Positions 60,581 through 64,000 of a stretch of 64,000 nucleotides of DNA are shown piece by piece; within the stretch, counting starts at the first letter, position 1, and each line of letters starts with the position of its first letter. The position numbers and the translations under genes were made by a program. The notes below the pieces were generated by a model that did not search any database, had not been told where the DNA came from, and saw only the letters and a program-made list of their open reading frames with translations. Location: positions 32,001-96,000 of the IMG/VR virus record IMGVR_UViG_3300035698_008372; one strand, 5' to 3'. This DNA comes from a virus.

Positions 60581-61454
60581 TCACGTTTCCAATTCACAGG
60601 TAGTGAAGTATTCAAAATGCCCATTACATTGGAAATTGGAGTATATTGATGAGATAGGGGACTATGAAACGAATATCTACTTGATATTTGGTACATCCGC
60701 TCATACTGTTATACAATCGTATATCAAGACATTGTATAACGAAAGTGTTAAGAAAGCCAATGAAATGGATTTGGATCAAATGCTCATAGATGAAATGAAA
60801 TCGGAGTATGCTAAGGCACAGGAAAAGGGCGATCCGAATCCTTGTACCAAAGCAGAGATGATTGAATTTTATTATGATGGTATCAAAATATTCAGATATT
60901 TGATAGCACATCAGAAGGAATATTTCCCTAAGAGAAACCACAAATTACTCGGAATAGAAACTGGGTTGGGTGTGGAATATGGCCCAGTAGAATTCGCTGG
61001 GTATCTGGATGTGGTTATTCTGAATGATACCACTAAAAAGATCAAGATAATTGACTTGAAAACGTCTACCAATGGGTGGAACAAGTGGCAGAAAATGGAC
61101 AAATCCAAATCCAATCAACTGTTATTCTATAAGAAATTCTATGGAGAAAAGTTTAATATCCAGATGAATGACATTATGGTGGAATTTTTGATACTCAAGC
61201 GCAAGTTATATGAGAATATGGATTTCCCACAAAAGCGAATACAAAGGTTTGTGCCCGCAAGTGGTACACCTTCTATAAACAAAGCGATGAATGATTTGGA
61301 AACCTTTGTAAATGAGGCTTTCACTGAAACAGGAGAAAAGAATACGGAACGGAAATATCCGGCAAGGTCTGGCAAAAACAATAGAAATTGTACATACTGC
61401 CCCTTCAAAGATCATCCAAAGTATTGTGATCCAAAAGATAGGATAAGGGGTTAA
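60573..61454 (+). CDS. PD-(D/E)XK exonuclease (RecB/Cas4-like)
   Basis: CP..W, FGTSAH, GYLD, IIDLKT, QLLFY, CTYCPF..C. Confidence 0.85.
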   Translation: MTNHVSNSQVVKYSKCPLHWKLEYIDEIGDYETNIYLIFGTSAHTVIQSYIKTLYNESVKKANEMDLDQMLIDEMKSEYAKAQEKGDPNPCTKAEMIEFYYDGIKIFRYLIAHQKEYFPKRNHKLLGIETGLGVEYGPVEFAGYLDVVILNDTTKKIKIIDLKTSTNGWNKWQKMDKSKSNQLLFYKKFYGEKFNIQMNDIMVEFLILKRKLYENMDFPQKRIQRFVPASGTPSINKAMNDLETFVNEAFTETGEKNTERKYPARSGKNNRNCTYCPFKDHPKYCDPKDRIRG

Positions 61455-61456
61455 TT

Positions 61457-61900
61457 ATGACCATACTTTTAAGAATATTATTAACGGATATGCTGGATAA
61501 TCCAATGGAGAACATAGTTCTGCACAGAATTGAGAAGGCCACAAAAGAACTGAAAACTGGTTTTGCGGTTGAATTTTGGTATATCAAGGGGGAAGTGGGA
61601 GTTCCCAGAGTACAGAAATTTATTGATAAAATTTCAACGATGTTCCACTGCCAAATGTCGGTAAAAATGGTAGAATCTGATGCAGACCAACCACATGGAT
61701 TTGTACTCCCGCCACATGAAAAGCATGTGTGGTTCAATGTCACTCCAATGAGGTACAAGAATTTGCACATAAGTTATAGGTTTGAATATGTGTACGATGG
61801 AATAGAAGATATGGGTAACGCTGTATCCGATTTTATCAAAACAGTTAAATTCTATGAAAAACCAAAACAAGATAATAGACGACAAAAAAGGAACGATTAA
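61457..61900 (+). CDS. Hypothetical protein
   Basis: ORF in operon. Confidence 0.6.
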   Translation: MTILLRILLTDMLDNPMENIVLHRIEKATKELKTGFAVEFWYIKGEVGVPRVQKFIDKISTMFHCQMSVKMVESDADQPHGFVLPPHEKHVWFNVTPMRYKNLHISYRFEYVYDGIEDMGNAVSDFIKTVKFYEKPKQDNRRQKRND

Positions 61901-62307
61901 TGAATGTGAAAATCGGTATTGTGGGCAGTCGCAAATATGCCAATAATAGGAAAATGAAGGATATCATATTCAAGCTGAAAGAACGGTTTGGTGACGATGT
62001 TGAAATAGTAAGTGGTGAACAGAAGCAAGGTGCCGATGGAATGGCTAAGAAAATAGCATTGGAAATGGGCATGAAATATGTGTCATTCCCGCCAAAGCAT
62101 TATCCTTACAATAGTTATTGTATTATGGAATCATCCGATTATGGCAAGCCATACAGGGTGTGGTATTATAATGAACGGAATACTCAAATAGCCGAATATT
62201 CCGATTATGTGTTCGCATTCATTCCAGAGGGTGTGGATTCTAGGGGCACAATGGACACCGTAAAAAAAGCTCGTAAATTGGAAAAAAAAGTCGTCATTTT
62301 TAACTAG
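61900..62307 (+). CDS. SLOG/DprA-like nucleotide-binding protein
   Basis: IVGSR, VSG..GAD, RN..IA, SRGT. Confidence 0.8.
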   Translation: MNVKIGIVGSRKYANNRKMKDIIFKLKERFGDDVEIVSGEQKQGADGMAKKIALEMGMKYVSFPPKHYPYNSYCIMESSDYGKPYRVWYYNERNTQIAEYSDYVFAFIPEGVDSRGTMDTVKKARKLEKKVVIFN

Positions 62308-62341
62308 TTCATTGATATATATAAATATACAGGAGATAGAA

Positions 62342-62539
62342 ATGGATAAAGACAACACAAAATTAACAACGGTAAAGCTGATCGACGATTGATATAGGCA
62401 GTTCAAATTGCATGCTATCAATGACGATTTCACTTTGCAAAAACTTGTAAATCGAACCATACATAGATATGTAAATGACGATGTATATAGAAATGATATG
62501 TTAAATTATGATATGCCATTGAGTGGCAGTAAATATTAA
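62342..62539 (+). CDS. Small ribbon-helix-helix-like protein; in-frame TGA at 62390
   Basis: AGGAG SD; KLTTVK..FK..FTLQKLVNR. Confidence 0.65.
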
Positions 62540-62552
62540 TCGGAGGTTATAA

Positions 62553-64000
62553 ATGGCTGACAAAGTTATAAAGAATTGAAATGTCGGAGACATAAGAAAC
62601 GGGACAGAGGTTTTAGCACCAGAACAGAGAAAAACACTATTAATATTATCGGATGATCTGAGAATGTCGTCTGGGGTAGGGACAATGACTAGAGAAATAA
62701 CTATGGGTATTTGCCATAGATTTAATATCGTTCAAGTTGGTGGAGCTATAAACCATCCAGATAAAAATAAAGTGATTGATTTAAATCAAAGCTTTCAAGA
62801 CGGAACGGGTGTCCCAGAGGCACATTGCAAGGTGTATCCAGTTGATGGATATGGAAATTCGGATGTCGTTAGACAAATAATGAATACTGACAAACCCGAT
62901 GCCATACTACACTTCACAGACCCTAGATTTTGGGGTTGGTTGTATCAAATGGAACATGAGATTCGTCAGAATATTCCAATTTTTTACTACGCTTTGTGGG
63001 ATGATTTGCCAGTACCAATGTACAATAAAAGATTTTATGAATCATGTGACTTGATTATGTCAATTTCAAAACAATCACATTACATCCATAGATCGGCATT
63101 AATGGAAACTGACACCAAAATAATTGACATGACCATAAATGAGGTACTAAATGAATATCCAGACGGAAACAATATGGAGACCAGAGTTAGTTATGTTCCG
63201 CATGGTATCAATGAAAATGAATTCTATCCCATAGAAGAGGGTCATCCGGAATGGGATGATATGAGGAAATTTAGGAGTGAAGTCACTACAGGGACTCTTG
63301 GAAATATCGAATTTATATTCCTATACAATAGTAGAAATATTAGAAGAAAAATGACAACCGATTTGATATATGCATTTAAAGTATTTTGTGACGCTCTGCC
63401 CCAAGGTGAAGCCGACAAATGCTTATTGTTATTACATACACAGCCGGTTGACGAAAACGGAACGGATTTGCCAGCTGTAATCAGTGAATTGGTCGATAAC
63501 TATAATATCGTTTTTTCACATCAAAAATTAGATACTAAGCACATGAACTACCTATATAATATATCGGATGTCACTGCACTAATTTCTTCAAATGAAGGAT
63601 TTGGATTGGGCACAGCTGAATCATTAATGGCGGGTACTCCAATTCTGGTTAATACCACTGGAGGACTTCAAGATCAAGTTGGGTTCAAAAGAGAAGATGG
63701 TGAATATGTCGGAGTAGAAGATTATAGAGATGGTTGGGGTTCCAATCATGATGGTCGATATACTGAGCACGCGGAATGGTGTAAACCAGTCTGGCCTGTT
63801 AGTAGGGCTATAGTGGGTTCGGTTCCAACTCCATATATTGCAGACGACCGATGTGATTGGCAAGATGTGGCAATCAGAATGTTGGAATGGTATGGCACAC
63901 CAATAGACGACCGCAAAGCTTCTGGGAAGTCTGGTCGTGAGTGGTTACTTTCAGAAAAGACGGGGATGTCTGCTTCAGAAATGGCTCGACGATTTGTGGT
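62553..64000 (+). CDS. GT4-family glycosyltransferase (runs off window); in-frame TGA at 62577
   Basis: GGAGG SD; LSDDLRMSSGV, TDPRFW, SRNIRRK, SNEGFGL..ES. Confidence 0.85.

Noticed and set aside
60573-61454. Cas4-like nuclease as part of a CRISPR system
   Set aside because: Stand-alone RecB/Cas4-type exonucleases are common in phage replication modules; no array or other cas genes here
3679-62579. TGA as selenocysteine
   Set aside because: Positions correspond to Trp rather than Cys, and no shared SECIS-like hairpin follows them

Overview
This is a 64-kb, AT-rich segment of a large T4-like (myovirus/jumbo-type) bacteriophage genome, with almost all genes on the + strand. It holds a neck/tail/baseplate module (neck, tail terminator, sheath, tube, assembly chaperone, tape measure, baseplate). 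It also holds a replication module (gp32 SSB, RecA/UvsX, 5'-3' exonuclease, gp41 helicase, class II RNR, dUTPase, PolB, clamp, clamp loader, a PolA-like enzyme, NAD ligase) and islands of small early genes behind 11 near-identical sigma70-type promoters. Five features are unusual. (1) At least 21 in-frame TGA codons sit in 14 structural/core genes, many at conserved Trp positions, while early genes still appear to use TGA as stop; this suggests stage-specific TGA=Trp recoding. (2) Three tandem non-canonical tRNA-Gly-like genes are co-transcribed with a DUF4338-type protein, near three tandem Mom-like GNAT paralogues; this is a candidate system of dedicated glycyl-tRNA donors for DNA hypermodification. 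(3) NrdJ is fractured into three genes by two split inteins, with a 173-nt group I intron next to the catalytic Cys. (4) PolB is split, apparently joined by a splicing-dead half-intein, and carries a 7-nt stop-containing insertion in its YxDTDS catalytic motif. (5) A candidate anti-Shine-Dalgarno small RNA is complementary to early-transcript 5' ends. Functional calls come from motif recognition by eye; no database searches were run.
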